NCBI GenBank assembly: GCA_043228905.1
Contig: JBHGNT010000031.1
Location: 62,001 to 126,000, forward strand
DNA length: 64,000 bases
Direction: 5' to 3'
Source: Azolla caroliniana
Taxonomy: Eukaryota; Plantae; Polypodiophyta
Shown: positions 62,701 through 64,000 of the stretch, piece by piece
How positions within the stretch are numbered: the first letter of the stretch is position 1
Layout of the letters: the number at the start of each line of letters is the position of its first letter
Notes under the pieces: generated by a model
The model's input: the letters and a program-made list of their open reading frames with translations, nothing else
The model's database searches: none
Told to the model about the DNA's origin: nothing
Made by a program: the position numbers and the translations under genes

Positions 62701-64000
62701 TATAATTTTGTGAGGAATGTGTGTAGCGAGCAGATTGTATTGGCAATTGGTTGAATGTAAGGCATTGTATCAAAGTGTGATACTATACTTCTTGCATTTG
62801 TCTTGGGAAAAATATGCGTAGTCAATGAGTCTCATCACATGTGGCCCAAAACTTTGTCATATTGAAAAAATGGTACAAACTACAGACAAAGGAAAGGGTT
62901 CTAACATGTATTGATGAGAGAGAGAGAGAGAGGAGGGAGAGAGATTAATATTTACTAAAAAGAAAATCAACTTATGCGACAAATCATGATTACTAGGAGC
63001 GAATTCTAGTCATCCATACATAGAAATAAAAATAAAAATAAAAATATTAGCATTCGTGAAGCTCCATGATCATTATCTAAATGCACATGGCAAAATGATT
63101 TTTTAGATGGTATACAAGCATGAAGTGCATCTCTATTATGTATGGCAAAGGGTGACTTGAATTCAAATCCAAGGTTGATTCATGGGGTGAAATTACACTC
63201 TAGAGAAGTTTAACAAGTGCAGATTGGACAAGGTGAGCAATTATTTCCATAATTTGACGATGGTATGGGCCATGTACCTTATATTCGGTTACTCACGATC
63301 TTGTTTGTTGTCAATATTCCTTTGATAGCTCTATCATGACTCCTTGGCAAAGAGCTATGCAAGAAATTAGTGATATGCAATTGTCATAGCATTTTGCATG
63401 CTAATGTAAGGATTAATACATATGCTTTTGAAGCCTAAGCAACATTTGGCCAAACTATCTTGGGTCAGGTTTCTCGATCATTTGTCGAATGGTGTTGGAC
63501 TTCACATAGATCATATTGCTACAATTGCTTTATATTCTAATGACATTTTGATCTCTATCATTCTTTTCCAACGCTCACTTCTTTGTACGATTTTTAAAAA
63601 AAAATCTTAAAATTCAAAAATCAACAATATAAAATTTTCCCTTAAAGTTGGCGTTGTTCCATGATTAGTCTTAGTGTAACCTAATGACCAAGAGTGGAAC
63701 TTTTTGGTTTAAAGTTTTCTCGACCAAATACACATTTGTGGTGATGTTTAAGCCATGAGCTAATATTTTGTTCCGTGATAGTTCTAAACTTCTATATAAT
63801 TCGGTTATAACCAAACGAACCATGATAGTGCAATAGTCAAATATTAAAAATTTATCTCCTTCTTTATGGATCGGTTTAACTCAATTCATGAGCTATTTTT
63901 TGTAAATCTTCATTGATAGGTTAATCTTTTCTATGATGGGTTTCTATTCTTTTCTATTTCAAGTGCTCACTTGTCATTGAAGTTTCATCCATTGCTTTGC

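Overview
Eukaryotic nuclear DNA from a land plant, most likely a fern or another seed-free vascular plant. The inference rests on a centriole/cilium gene (PIBF1/CEP90-like) that angiosperms are not expected to keep, plus a long single-exon PLS-type PPR gene. Protein-coding content: the tail of an unknown CDS (1-321, +); a 16-exon PIBF1/CEP90-like coiled-coil gene (-, 2503-14639); an intronless UFO-like F-box gene with a ~285-aa low-complexity N-terminal extension (+, 21343-23391); a PLS-E PPR gene (-, 38064-40772); and a two-exon PMEI-pectin methylesterase (+, 58026-60535). RNA genes: an intact tRNA-Ile(UAU) and a U6 snRNA copy. Intergenic DNA is rich in transposons: a full-length decayed Copia with LTRs, PBS, PPT and TSD; L1-like and RTE-like LINE remnants; and several MULE- and hAT-type MITEs, some nested. 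The most unusual observations are (i) the U6 copy is fused directly to the 3'-terminal tail of an RTE-like LINE family present elsewhere in the window, so it is a U6/LINE chimera or a candidate U6-derived SINE; (ii) a head-to-tail array of tRNA-derived units was split by the Copia insertion; and (iii) a telomere-motif minisatellite forms most of the PME intron, up to its 3' splice site. All homology calls were made by eye from remembered family motifs, not from database searches.
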